The notes below the pieces were generated by a model that was given only the letters and a program-made list of their open reading frames with translations, searched no databases and was not told the DNA's origin. A DNA stretch of 54,797 nt, filler included, from Sphacelaria rigidula (lineage: Eukaryota): the NCBI GenBank assembly GCA_964200075.2. It is 4 parts of 4 records of this genome, joined end to end, with 100 filler letters (N's around TTAATTAATTAA, not from the genome) between each part and the next. Parts side by side here need not be neighbours in the genome. Positions count along the whole stretch, not along the records: positions 27,457 to 41,078 come from CAXNAA020002762.1; positions 41,179 to 54,797 come from CAXNAA020002763.1; 2 more parts are not named here. The stretch is one strand, 5' to 3'. The translations under genes and the position numbers were made by a program. How positions within the stretch are numbered: the stretch's first letter is position 1; each line of letters begins with the position of its first letter. Shown piece after piece: positions 35,201 to 48,987 of the stretch.

Positions 35201-38200
35201 AGAAGAGACGGTCAAATATCGAGAAAAACGACAGTTTTTTTTCCTAGATTTGACCGTTCTTGACCGTTCTTGGACAAAAAATCAAGTTTGGCCTAAATAA
35301 AAACTGCGGCCACCGGAAACTCGAAGATGTCCTGGAACCGCTAAAGCGAGTAGGCCAAGTCATTCCAAGGTGTCAAACTCCGCCTAGCTCTCTCGTAGCG
35401 CGTGAAACGACGAAGAAGGACCAAAAAAGTGTTTTCACAGGACTTTGTTTTTGTCTCTTGCAAGGAGAAGCTTAACCCCTTCAACATGTTCCACTCGTAT
35501 ACTGTCTGAGATCGCTGAACAAAACGTGTCGGACAAGCTGCAAGTAGTGTACATCCGAGGCCATTTGAGAATCTGGGGTTGCCTAGTATGTATGTAGTTA
35601 TCCGTGCTGACCTTCATCCAGGTCTAGATCTTCGAGGTGTACGAAGTCCGGTATTCAGTAGGATTTCAATACGTCTCAGTACACAGGGCATCGTCCACCT
35701 TTATGTGGTGGTCTTGTGGCTCAGTTCGATCTTTACTTTGCTTCCGTCACCACATCAATTCGATCCCTACTATTGTACCTGCGTGCATTTTTTGTCAATC
35801 TCGAACGATACACCCACCCTTAGCACACAAGCAGCTTCTCACCGAGCATCTTGGTGTCGGGGGTATGACAAGGGCCTAATACCTCAAAGTCTTCGATCTA
35901 TTCCTTCCCCGCATTGTCCCCCGCTCCTTTCGCGGGCTAGTAGTCGTGACTTGGATGTGGGACAACATCCGATGGACACGATGACCTTCTGCGGCGTGAA
36001 CGATTAACAACCTAGAACACGATTCTGCACTAGCGTTGAATTTGGTGATATATCAGGCTGTAAGCACGAACACCGCATCCTTGGCCTCCAACGTTTTGAG
36101 TAACGTCGACATTCACGCACACTCCGAAAACCGGCATTCTGTTTCCGCTGCGCCTCAGCCCAACTTCTGATCCTTCGTGGCATGCTCATTGCCGTGTTGA
36201 CAACCACTGAACCAGATTACAACCCTCACAAGTACTTTGTGTTTAATTCAGACTTTGGGATTCGCTGTGCATTGAAGGAGTTTGCCGGGTGCTGGCGTTT
36301 TTTAGGATGAAATCTTGCGACTGATCTAGCAGGACCGCTATCGGACTGTTTGGCTGAAGCAAACCATCGGTTTTGATAACCCTGGAGGGTGCTATCGAAG
36401 GTGGCGTGTGTTATACATTTCTGGTGTAAAACACCTCAGCCAAGTCTCAGTTATCTTTCACTTCTGTTTGGTTTGCGCTCACCATGTGGGGAATTACCGA
36501 GCCGGAATGTCCATCGCTCAATTCGGATAGGCTCATCTAGGAAGAAACGCTGTGCAAAGTGTAACCAATCATTGTCTTTTGTCGTGCCTTACAGGCCCTA
36601 GAAGTCGCCGTGGAAGGTGGAGTGCGCTACGCCTTCCTGGTGTACAACGCCTCAGTTCACGCTTGGAACATCCTCCGGCCGTCATTGAGAGCGCAACGCG
36701 CCGGTCATCATGCCATCGAACTCGCCAAGTAAGCAAGCAATATTTTGCAGATAAAGCACTGTCGGTGTCACTGTCTCCATGGCTCTACGGTATACTGCTG
36801 TTTCTTTCGACATCTGTCTCTCAGCTCTCTCGCAGGCAGAAAATACCGCACACGTCCAGGCACGTAACTTTGTTCGGATACTCTGCAGCGGTTGACAGCA
36901 AGAGACGTGGGCATCATCGCGTGTCATATTACAAGAAGGCGTAGCTGATGCAGACGTCAATCGCCACTAACCTTCGCACCAACTTGTCCCCAAAACCTCG
37001 ATGTCCCATAACTAATGGAACCCCACCCCGTCGCCATCCGTAGCCCGAACGGTAACCCGGAGCCTACCCCTAACCCTAACCTTTGTGTCCAGCATCACCT
37101 CAAACCCTAGCCCCCAAACAAGCCTGTTGATACTGTGAACATCTTGCGGTGCCAACACTTGAACCCGATCTCCGACGTAAGCCCCCCAAAATCCGAGTCG
37201 CGGGCTAACGCAAATAAAAGGCTGGCTATTAGCCCTCAATGCTAACTGCAACGCTACCGCGCCAAACGCGAATCACAACAGGTTTGTCGATGCACTGGAG
37301 GGTGTGGGCGACCCCGATCTTCGTTGGCGTTACACTCTGCTGGCGGCGCTATCGATCGCTCTCATGGATGACGGAGACTCTGCGGGCGCGGCTGCTCGCG
37401 CGGCGGTGGGATTCCAACACGCCGAGGCGTTTTTTCTGCGCCAAAGCGAAGCGGCAGAGGCCTGCCGTGCCACCGTCCGAGAGGTAACCAAGATAACAGA
37501 TGTATTGGTCATTACTCAGATAGCTTCTATGAGAAAACGAATTGCCCATTCGAGTAAAAGTGCCGTCTCCGTCATTTCCGCAGAGTGTGTATATCTATCG
37601 TCTACCGCAAATCCGTTGTCGATGCACGTAGAATGAGGATAAGGGAACCCTAGAATAATCACATTCGATCACCGCCTGTGATAACAGAAACATACATTGC
37701 CAGGTAATAGTCTGCAGGTGTTGTCTAGCCGTTACATCATGTTCTTCTCCGACGTACGTGCACGTATGAGCAGTACGACGACTAAGTTTGAGAGAGATAT
37801 TTTGACAAAAAAACAAACATTCTGACGACAACGTTTACGTCTGAAAACGATTTGGTCGATAACGATATATTTATAGAAACCGAAACCTGTATGTACAACC
37901 ATCCTTAAGTTGGCGTTTAAAGGCGGTAAAAGACTCGTCTATCCAGTCCAAGCTTAAGGCACACACAAAACTGGGCGCACGTACAGGGATTCGACAAGCC
38001 GAGATATATGAGGTGATTCGCGAGAAAAGGCGTCTGAATTGGTCGTAGAGCCACCCGTGAGTGGCAAACTTCGAGGAATGTACGTATCACATGCCGTGAA
38101 CTCACTAATTCGCATGCCTGAATTGGCGTGTGATCACCGCAATATTCACGACAAGTTGAGCGCGACATCGAACACACATTTCGGGGTATAAGGAATATGG

Positions 38201-40233
38201 TAGTTCGTCAATGGTCGGTGAACTTATCGAGGTTTAGCACACGGAGGCGCACTGTCGACTGGTGGGAGAAGGCGGCAAACGACGTCCGGTAAGCTATTAA
38301 ACACGTCTGGTTTATGAACACCCTACCCGTTCTTTTGCAACACGCGAGATACTCGAGCCGGGAATTTCTGTGCAGTACCTTGTGTACGCGGCGTATGAAC
38401 CACAATGATGCTGTACTGTAGTTCACGTTCGCGGTGTCGTCGGCATCGTGCATTTTCACCTGCAGTAGCTTCTAGAGTCGTTTTGCATGTTTCAACGACG
38501 TAGGGTTGGGGGATACTGTGATGTCCCGATACCTGGGGGCACAGGGTTGGAACAGCACTTTCGAGATAAGAATAGGGAAAACCAACAAGATAGTAAAGGA
38601 CAGGGTAAACACTCTAATGCGGTGGAGGATATTTCCGCCGTTAATTTCCCTCCCACAGCGGAAATAAGGCGGCCCCGATATGCTTCAGCGGCGACTCGTC
38701 AAGTGTATGTCACCATAGTTGGCGCAACCATTGGAGATCACCTGTTGTGGTCGGAGGCAGCCAAACGAGTGGGAGATTCAATGCCCTGGAAGAGTGCACG
38801 ATAAGAAGGAAGGTGGATGGAAACGAAGGAGTAACATGAACCCAGTTGTTGAACGACAGAAAGTAACTTCGTCATAAACGATATAATCTTTGAAATAATG
38901 CATTGTGACGCTGTGTGGTACAACGGCAACGTGCGCTGGCCCACGTATGCAGGCCAAGGAAAAGGTGGCGAGCGCGCAGTCTCTGATTCGGCGTTTGGAG
39001 GAGGGTGAAAACGGTGATGCCGAAGCTTCCCCTCAAGAAGGAGACGCAGGCGGTGAGCGAAGATGGATCGGAAGCACAACTCGTGTCTTGGCATGCAACT
39101 GATTATGATGATTTTGGGTTCACACGTGATGTCGCTCAAAGACGCCGACGTATGTTGTATGACGATACTGAAGGCGGAACACAGTGTGCACACATTTTCT
39201 AGTTCACCGTGGTGTTAAGACCGTAACGGTTCCAGCATGTTCGTACTTTTTTCAGCTGGTGCTCTCGTCGTCGGTTGCCTAGAGGTTCACAATGACTGAT
39301 CTCCAAGCGCACAACAGATGGCACATCAAACCGTCCCCGCTGCGCCCCTCAGTAATGGTTCGTAGAAAGTCACCCGAAACATACTCATACACTCTCCACT
39401 TCCCTTGATGCACACGAAATAGAGTCCGGAAGAATGAGGCCGATGTCTGACAAAGAGCCGGCCTGCAACACCGGCATCTATCGGTATATACGAACTGAAC
39501 TGTTCCACGATTAGCTAGCACTGGAATACGACTGTAACATTCCCAGTATCGCTTGAAACCCTGAGTCTCGCTGGTAACGTTGTTTGTAGTACTTGATGTG
39601 GATCAACAGGGGACAAAACAAGATTATTTTATTTCTCAACTAAGAAACGAGTCGGTACCCCTGTCGGCATCCGACTCGGAACCAGAATGGCCGTACATTG
39701 AGATCTGCCTCGTCAGCGCCTACTGCACCTAATCAAGTTTACCAAACCAACCCGACCTGAGTATATCGGTGTGACCTGCAGACCAACGCGGTAACGCGCG
39801 GGACTGCCGCTGAATGGAAACAAAAAATGAAAAAAATGTACTGCATAAGGTATCACCTAACCGACGGAATAAAAGAAAAAGGCGTCCGTCGGGATTCGAA
39901 GTCGTGACCTTCATTACTGGAGTCAACTGCATCACAGTACCGTGCCCTGAACTGCTGAGTTTTCGCATTTCCCTGCCGCCCTAGCAACATAACCGCAACG
40001 TATGTCGATGCTAGTCCCGTCGATGATGGAGACGCAGATGAAACGAGGGAAAGTAGCACGTGTATCGAACACCCTGCCGCTCTAATGAACATACTGTAGG
40101 TGGAGGGACCTCGGTGAGATCGGGTGAGCCTCCAGCTGTGTCTGTATCGTCTTCTGCCGCTGAGGCCATTTCGAGGGCAGCATTGGCTGAGGCCGTTGCT
40201 TCCAGGGAAAAGGCTGAAGCAGAATCTGTCGAG
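30447..40233 (+). CDS. CFAP46: Cilia- and flagella-associated protein 46 (TTC40), 5' part only
   Basis: Phase-consistent exons 30447-30611, 33134-33307, 34309-34401, 36595-36728, 37282-37483, 38953-39052, 40100-40233 (possible exon 8 at 40669-40761). Translation MALDLQLRAVF...PEMLVLAAEAALK...DQFYCRALFVK...RYAFLVYNASVHAWNILRP...DPDLRWRYTLL resembles the CFAP46 N-terminus (LCAEQALK, QFLGRA, RYYFLVYNASVLYWQMVRP, EWRAELM) as I recall it. Confidence 0.85.
30745..30835 (-). mobile_element. Short 3' tail of the same non-LTR retroelement family, in CFAP46 intron 1
   Basis: ATTGATTGATCGATTGTCCCACTTGAACTGATCC...CATGATAGACGTACCC. Confidence 0.65.
31045..31325. repeat. Degenerate short-unit repeat (ATCTGGGA/TCCCAGAT) with an internal orientation switch
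   Basis: Repeated CATCTGGGAT/CACCTGGGA units, then CCCAGATGG units at about 31215-31265, then CATCTGGGAT again. Confidence 0.7.
32124..32242. repeat. Compound microsatellite (ATCATCATG)n-(AGC)n-(AAC)n
   Basis: Seen directly in CFAP46 intron 1. Confidence 0.95.
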
Positions 40234-41078
40234 GTGATCAAACGAAGTTTATAGCCCGTTGTATTGGCGCGGGCAAAAAAACTACGTACGAGGCATAAAA
40301 CTTAGCAATCAAGGAAAGAGGCAATCCTGACTCCGTCATTTCCAAGGAGACGGAATACCAGAACACGACGGGGTGCTACGAAATGTCCCCCATGATCTAT
40401 GAGATACTTTCATATTCAGAGGAAAGCGCCCGAGGAATCGTCTGAACTTGTGCCATTGTCCACGGCATGCGAAAACTAGATGTTTTGAGTCGTCCGGCGT
40501 AGCCTTCGCAACGACCGCATGTACCCTGCGGCCAGCACGATATCTTCGGCGTTCAATGACGAAGAACATCACGAGCGATTGATGTTACAAGTGGAAAAGT
40601 GTTCTCTGTTCCGGCAACATTCAGGCTAGATCCTCGCGTGAGAACTGTATCCGAGGCGTCTCACGTAGTCTGCACGGCAATTCCGTTCGTTCGAGGCGCA
40701 GGCCGAGTATCGGCGAAAACCGGTGTTGGCCTGCCTTCTGCGCTTTCAAAATTCAGTGAAGGCGAGGCAGAGGCCGTTCTTGGATAAGCGTTGCGTTGCA
40801 TTTTGCGGAGGTTTTGAAGATTAAACGTTTCTGTATGTCGAACCGCATTCACCGAAGTTGGCAACGGCATACTGCACTCCAATATTGGAATATCGTCGAG
40901 CTGAATCAATCACTTCATCATGTAAACTGGTTTTCCTTCTCGAGAGGGCCGAGGCATAGCTTCTCCGATGAACACCGCATGTGTGTGTGTGGGGGGGGGG
41001 GGGTGTTCACCGTAGCTTGTATATCGCGTGAAAAAATCCTTGCCCCAATTTCTTACCCTCAAGGCAGATCGGAAGACC

Positions 41079-41178
41079 NNNNNNNNNNNNNNNNNNNNNN
41101 NNNNNNNNNNNNNNNNNNNNNNTTAATTAATTAANNNNNNNNNNNNNNNNNNNNNNNNNNNNNNNNNNNNNNNNNNNN
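41079..41178. other. Artificial contig linker
   Basis: N44-TTAATTAATTAA-N44. Confidence 0.97.
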
Positions 41179-41726
41179 AACACACCCAACTCTTTTGATC
41201 ACTAATCTCTTATCCACCATAGTGGACGGGGTGTTAGTGGCGAACCGGACGTGCTATCACGGCATCACTCGGATGTTGGATAAGAGAGCACGCGGTGCAC
41301 TCCAGGTTGAGTATGCGGTTGCGTGTGTACCGAACGCCACAAATGGGTACGATCTACAGGTCGTGCTCGCTGCCCCAGGATAGTGTGGAAGGATGAAAAG
41401 TACCTGGATATGCCCGGTGCAAGCGTGCGGCGCACTCCAGGGTAGCCATACGGTGTCAGGGAAGCTATATATTGTGTTACTTTGTTTTTTCTGCTCGTCC
41501 TGTTGCCCCTAAGGCACCATTTCGTCACCAGTGGTGGCACCAGCCTGTATATACCTTTTCCTTCACAAACGACACTGGGTACAGCTCACAGAATGAATTT
41601 TCATGTGCCGAGCCATTACACATGATTGAAAGTAGGGAAGAAAACAATGAACTGGTGCCACAGGAAGCAAAGGGGAATCAAAAGGCGAAGAAAGAAGTGG
41701 AATCAAGAGTAAGAGAAAGCTCTCAC

Positions 41727-44700
41727 CGGACCATGTAGGGTGAGCCGCGGCGATGAGGTCGGCGATGGCGTTGTGCTCCATCGAGAAGAGCCCCTGCATC
41801 ATTTTTCCAACAACCGTTCATTATCGCCGTTGTCCATCACATCAGTAAACTCATCAACCATCAGCCATCGGCCCGCGTAAGTTCCGTCAGCTTCAAAAGG
41901 CAAACGAAAAATCACAATGCCTTCAAGTTACACTACATTCAAGGACAGCTCCGCGTGACTGCTCGGAACAGGGTTCGATATCCTTCCGCATTATACCGGC
42001 GTGTTCGCTACACATGTCGGTACGGTTTAGCTATCATCATCATCATCATTATTACTTTTGTTATTATTATTATTTCCGCACATTAGTCCGATCTCTCGAA
42101 CCCGCGGTCACTTAGTATGCCCAACTAACCCCCCCCACACACCCGGGGATACCCTGAAATAGAAACAGAACAAAATCTTGGAAAATTCGATTCAACTCAC
42201 GCCTTCACTCACCATGAGTAGAGATACGCCAACCCACGAGTTCTTGTTGTCCCCTGTGCTAATTACCCCGTCGTCCGTGTGGTCCATCACGCCGTTCTTC
42301 CCGGCATGGATCTTGCCCCCCTGGTGCGTGCGCGTGCGGGAGACGCTCTCGGCGTCGCTGCCGTAGATGAACGACACGTCCCACCAGTGCGTGCGGCGGT
42401 TCTTGTAGGCGGGGTGGCCGTTTGTCCCGGCAACATCAGCAGTTTTCTGTTGTGTTCACATTTTGGATGTGTGCGTATGCGGTTTGAGTGTGCATTTCGG
42501 GGGTACATATTTAGATTGTTTTGCGATTTCGATCTGGATTTGTCTCTCTGAAACGTTTCTTTGTTTTTTTGGTGTTTTTTCATGATACATTCAGTCATCC
42601 ACCACATATTTTCCCAACAGCCGTGACAAGGGCGGTCGCGCCTATTTAAGAAGGCGCGGGGTTTTGTCTGTGCTTCACTTTCTCAGCCATGATCCACTAC
42701 TCATGTCCCGACAGGATTGTAGTCGGGCCAGCAGCACAGGGTGGCGATACTTCCATTATCATGCTAGGGATGTCCCCTTCCTCACTTATCTTCAAAATAT
42801 ACTTGCTATCGTTTTCATTACAGCGATACGATGGGCCGATGATGAAGGTAGCGACCTCTAACAAGACGCGGGGTTAGCGAAAAAAGAAGATGCAACTTTT
42901 CCCCCTGGCTTTTTTTTTTGTTTTTTTGTTCACTGGTTCCGTTTCAGAGCAACATTTTCACTCCCTTCGGCGACACAACCCGCAACAACAATGGTTTAGC
43001 GAAATACTGTAAGGCGAGTGATTCCGTTTCATCGCTACCCCGCCTCGCTGCGGATTCGCTACCGCGGATTCGCTACTGTGATGATTCGGTCAAGACAGCG
43101 AAAAAGACGGTGACATATGTGTGCACTTGTGGAGAAGTTTTCACACGAATGCGTGCACGTGTGTGTACCCGTGCGTTCGTATTTTTTTCACGGTTCGGCA
43201 GACCGAACGTAGCAATATAACAACAACAACAACAACATCGAACACATATATTAAGGATGATGAAAATATACACTGCACCATCATGTCTTGAACGTGCCAC
43301 TGCACACATGGTAGTAGCAGTGATGAAACAAAAATCTCAAAATCAATAGACGGGCTATAGCGTGAAACACACACACACGCAACTCTGCGGACACACAAAC
43401 ACCAGCGTCGCTTCGTTTTGTTTCTCCCTCATAGCACCTGTATTTCATCTACTGCCCACTGCACCGAACAATGTCTCATGGACTGTGGCATCCAGATGTA
43501 GGTGACCAATCAACACTTTAACATCCCGTAGCAAGTCACCGTCTCCATCATACCGCACGGACAACTCTTTTTTGGCAGGTTTAAATCTCGCGAGCGATTC
43601 ACCGCGTCTCTGCGGTGGTTTCGAAACAGCAGCCAATCTCATCGGTGTGTTCGGCAATTTCCCTAAAAGAATCAAGCAACTCACGTTGAACTTGAAGCTA
43701 GCCATGGGGCAGCCGTACTGCTTCCCTCCACTCAAAGAGGAGGGCTCGCCTTCGACGTGGTCCACCCAGTCATGCTGTTTCGGTGTTCGTTTCCCAAAAT
43801 AGAACCCACGAACAAGAAGGCCATGAAGTGAGGTGAGGTAGAGGCACAGAGACACGTACGCACAGTTGGAAAGGGCAGACACAGGGCGAAAGGTGATGAC
43901 AAGAGACATGGCAGTACAACCAAGAGAAAGACGCGCAAGGTACCCAATCCGGAGCGATGCAAATGGAGAGAACGAAAAATCACAAATGTATAATAAAAAC
44001 GGTTCCACAGTCGTCCAACGAACAAAGCGAATGCTACAGAATACAACAGTCCGACGCACCAAGCCCTGGATCCAACCACGCACAGAGAGTATTCAGCGCC
44101 CACTTACTGAACAATATCGAGCACCGCGCACGCCGCACGACTGAACAGTGGTCATACGGCGCGCTGAAAGAAAGCTGGAATAAACAATAATCCGACCAAC
44201 TCGAGTTACGTGTGCACCGCGAAAAAATTACCCTACCTGCATAAATTTCACCAGCCTCACGATACGCAACAAAATACAAGACCCCGTGATTTCCTATTTC
44301 CAGACCGAGTAAGTAGCAAAACAATCGACAAACTCAAATGTAAAAAAAAACGCGAGAGAAAAAACTAACCAAAATAATGAAGGGCGCGCATTGTACAGTC
44401 CAACGTCCACTAGTGACAGTGACAGCATCAGTGGTGAGATACAACACACACAACGAATATAGTTCTACAAAGATTTCATGAATATAGCCTGAACCATCCA
44501 AGCAGCAACAGCAGCAGCAGCAGTCAGGATGATTGTCTGCGCTTCCGTGGGACGATTCGTTACTACACACTACACGTGGCGATATACGTATGGCTCACCA
44601 CCCTCGTGGTCAGAATCACCCAAGAATTTTCCCATGGTAGCTAGGGGTGTGTCGAAATGAATACCCGAAACTGACTTCTTTGTTTGGCCGACAATTTCCT

Positions 44701-47700
44701 CAAAACAAGCCAAACCCCTGCCTTTTACCGTCGGATGGCTCTCTACACCAACAATTTAACAATCCGCGCAACTTTTTTCTACCGTATTTTCTATCGACAG
44801 CAACAGCGTGTCACGGACTCATTATTTGCTCACAAGCGACGTGCTGAAAAGCGCCGAGCCATTCTCATATACCGTAAAAAAAAAAGCACCGAGTCGCTTA
44901 ATTTGCGACGATCAATCGGTCACCTACCCCCCCCCCCCTCCCCAAGCATACACACACCCTAGCTACTACCCTAACGCAAAATGGCTCCCAAACAGCAGTC
45001 AATACACCAAGTTGCACATCCACAGCTCGGCTCCATCACATTAGACACAGCTACACACGTACAGCCCTCACTAACCACCATGGCCTGAATCCAAGCAGCA
45101 GCAAGAATATTCAGCTGCGCGCCAGCCGGCTTGAAATAGTCGCCGTTGGGTCCCGACGGTCTCCGCGCCAGCAACTTCTGAGACACCAGGAACGGGTCAG
45201 GGATCATCTCGCGCCGGGTGCCGGGTGCATAGCCAGGGCAGTTGCGCCCCAAGGGAATCTGGGCTGCGCCCGCAGCGGGGGCATCGAGCTCATTGTAGTG
45301 ACCGCCGTCGGTGCGGTGCATAACCGGAGTGACGCCATCCGGCGGGGGCGGGATGGGCTCGGGAGTGACGAGATCGACCTGATTTGGAAGGGAGAGGGTA
45401 GGAGATGCAACAGTGACGGAAAGTACGTGAGGTGTGTATAGCATTTCGGCTTGTACGCAACAGCAGCCCGCTACCGAACTTTAGCAAACGAACACGGCAC
45501 CCCCGACGTCGCGGGCGGAGGGGGGGGAGAGAGGGAATGGCCAGAAAAAAATAAGACCCCCTAAGGATATGTTTATTCTCATGTCCATGTTTGAAAATCT
45601 TCAACAGTACCCTTCAGATAAGAGACCACAGCAACACGGAACATAACTATTGTGTACGGCTTGTTTTCGCCGCATTTTCAAAGCTTCCTTTCTTCGGGAC
45701 GAGCCCTGAGTTCCTCAAGGGATCAACCCATCTCCCTCCCCCGATGCATTCCTGATCTGTTTCGGAATCACGGAATGGATCAGCACTTCTGCACAGCGAC
45801 GACTCTCGCCAAATCCTTGGCAACTTACGTTCTCGTGTTTTCAACGTCGGCAATCGGGTACTATTGAGAAGAAAAATATATATATAATATGTATCTGCTG
45901 GGAGGCGAACACCCTACTCCGCTTCACCCGGTTCTAAGTTGTAGAAGTGACATGACCAGGGCGCGGCGGCAAATATGAATGTACCTCAAAACAAGCCCAC
46001 ACACATGCGTCGGGATCTTAACATGGATCCGGAAATCTTCCTCCAGGTTCGGCGTTCTTCCGATCGAGTTCTGGTCTAAATTGCTTCACCGGAGTAACGT
46101 CATGCTGCAGGGGCGGCGACGGGGGACGGGGGACGGGACAGCTTACTACAACACCCCTCCCCACTCCCAACCGTTTCAACTGCAAAATCCGGCAACAAAA
46201 ATGGACACACCAACACAGCCACGCCCTACATGCGGCTGCTATCCGAGACTCACGAGGCCATCTCTCCCCCCCCATCCCACCCCACACACGCGCGCACGTC
46301 CATGGGTGACAGCTTCAATAGAAAAGGTAGACTACGTGTAGAAAGCGCATTTTGCTGTTTTCGAGGAACGTACACCACCGCCGCTACCCGTACCGTTCAT
46401 GATAATTGACGGGTATGAATTGATATCTTCAGAACTCAACAGAAAAGTATAAACGAATGTACCCGACACGATACACATGGCAATTTTGCTCAGATATCCA
46501 TTATCTTTGGATAATAACATATACACACTCTGCGCCCCCTAGTGCGTTTATTTGTTCGCAGCATTCTGGTACTAGGCCGAGCACTTGTTGAGCATTTACG
46601 TGGGGGATACAGGCAGCCGAGGCATGCATGCGCCTTGTGCGTTTTTGCCGATTCTCTATTTTCAACTGTGCATCAAAAGTGGCCGTTACGGCGTTGATTT
46701 AGAGCTGTAATGATACCAACACTTGGCAAAGCGGTAAAAAAATGAAGCTGGGATTGGTTGACAAATCACTATTGCTTGTTGATGTCTATTTGCGTAACGC
46801 CAGGACGTTCTTTGCGTCTATGTTGTCTACATGCATTTCTGTTTACTGTAGCAGAGAAGACACGGTATAGCAGCAGCACAGACAGCGGGACACCGTTGCT
46901 AATGTTGTACTGCGCTGGCCGGCACTGTGGAATCCACTTCCTGAGTCAAACAGTCCGGCGGCTTGCATTGCTGGCAAACGAACGGCAGCACCTCGCACTC
47001 AGGTAAATGACACCATGCCAAGTTTTCCCTACAGGCTGATCCGCGGGATGAACGGGGAACAAACTCGGGAGACATATCTCACGCCGTCGTTGAGAGTTAG
47101 GCGATGAACGTTTACGTGCGTGTTTCTGGAAGAAAGCGAGAGGATCGCCCGTGATTTATATTTCTTCATTACTCTCGGTTTCAGCGCTTTCTTGGGGTCC
47201 CCCACCGACATGGGGGAACGAGGGAGATACCATAAATACGAAAGGAGCAGTCACGGACAACCCTCGGCGTTTCGTGGGGAACACGCCTATGTAATTCCAT
47301 TTGCCAACTCGCAGTACTGGCGTGAGAAATCGAGCAAACGTGAAACTGTTCCGAGAATGTGGTCCAGGCTGATCCACAGGACTACACAAATCACGTTTGG
47401 TCCATTTTTCGCCTTGTTTGTAGGGGACCAAATTTCACACTTGTGTTCCAAGAGGCAATTCTGAGATCGAAAGAGAACATCTCTCTGTAGGTTTAGCGTC
47501 TGCTTGAGGTTCCGCACCGTTTCCTGCGGCCGAGGACCTTAAGAAACAGATACAACCCAGTGATGGGAAGATATCCAGATACCGGTGAACTTAGGGCTTC
47601 ATTCACGAACACGTGCGTAAATCGTTTTTCCTCATTTCTAAAAATGGTCCCGGAAATAAATCACACATGAAAATGTTCCCGAGAATGTGATGGCATACGG

Positions 47701-48987
47701 TGGCCGAGACACCAAGAAGTCGGTGACACCGAGTGCGGGGAGACATCGTTTTACCATATTTCCCTCGGGCGTTGTTCAGGAACACGCGTGCGGAAAAGAG
47801 CTTCATTATTTCAGAAAACGGCCCAAGAAACGGACCAATCGTGAATCGTTCTGGGGATATGGGGCATACAACGACTGGGGAGACTCCAAGAAAACGGTGG
47901 AACGAGACGAGCGGGAAAGCACTGAGACACCGCCGACCTCACGCTTCACCTAGGGATATTCCTGTTAAAAAATGTTTCCTGACTCCTACAAGCGGCGAAG
48001 GAAATGGAGCGAACAAGAAAATGTTCCGAGATTGTAGAACAAACGGGGGGATCAGTCTGCGCCGACATCTGGGGGGCCTGGGTCTTGCAGGGCTTCCGCA
48101 GACATACCTCTGGGTGCTCTGTACCGTCAAGGTCATGCTAACGCTGCCTTTTGGGGGGGGGGAACTGACCTAGTACGATCGCGATATGACAGAGAAATAA
48201 CATCTTACCAGTTTCTTCCTTTCTTTGAAGGAAGGGAGGAACCCCACCAAACCACTTACTCCGCAAGCGGGTTTGTGTGCCGATTACCCGGAGGCTCGGC
48301 TAGACCATCTCGCGGTAGTCATGTGGGGAAGGCTCCTCGAGCGTTCGGAAGCTTGCTCGCGGCAAGTATGGGGGTCCAACCGACTGAAACCCCGTGTAAA
48401 CTTGGCGCAGTGCACGTGCCACCAACCTCGTATGAGCTTCAGCCCTAGTTACTGCGCAGCCCCCTCCCCTCCCCCGCCACCCCGCCCCGTCTCGAAAGGG
48501 ATGCGTGGTCAATGGTCAAACGACTAAGGCAAGCAACAAATGAGTACGCCTCCCCCCCCAACCCGCGCACGAGTGTTTCGGGCTCAACGGGACTTTGTTG
48601 CATGTACCCCTGAGAATTGTGGGTACGAGTGCCCTCGCTTCAGCGAGTGTTGGCTGTTCATTCATTCAACTTGGATGGAACATCTATATCGTGACCGCAC
48701 ACGACTAGATCTGTACCGGATCAGTTCACGATGTGTGACAAATCAACGAAAAATGAGGGGGGGGGGAAAGGCACCGCCCGGGGTTGGTCGTACACAGGAC
48801 GCTCTGCAGAATCATGTAGCAAAGTTCATCCAGGTGATCAATTTGAACGTCCCCACGAACCCGATGCTTGGAAGTGATCTACGACGCGTCACGCGGTACT
48901 TCGACTTTTCTCACCGGCAACAGGTTGTACTTGCCGAGCAGGTTCCTGCGCATCAGTATCGCCAACAGACCGCACTGGCACGGCCAC
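41727..48987 (-). CDS. Alpha-dioxygenase-like heme peroxidase (peroxidase-cyclooxygenase superfamily), internal exons; 3' part lost at the contig end, first exon not identified
   Basis: Phase-consistent exons 48987-48915 (GLLAILMRRNLLGKYNL), 45378-45076 (HRTDGGHYN...LGRNCP...PDPFLVSQKLLAR...QLNILAAAWIQAMV), 43774-43685 (HDWVDH...CPMASFKF), 42446-42213 (NRRTHWWDVSFIYGS...GDNKNSWVGVSLL) and 41793-41727 (LFSMEHNAIAD). These are collinear with plant alpha-DOX motifs (WIQFMIHDWIDH, TPWWDxSxIYGS, NSWAGVS, LFIKEHNAVCD). Confidence 0.9.

Noticed and set aside
14411-48987. Apparent defence cluster of KAP NTPase plus alpha-dioxygenase
   Set aside because: The genes are on different contigs joined artificially.
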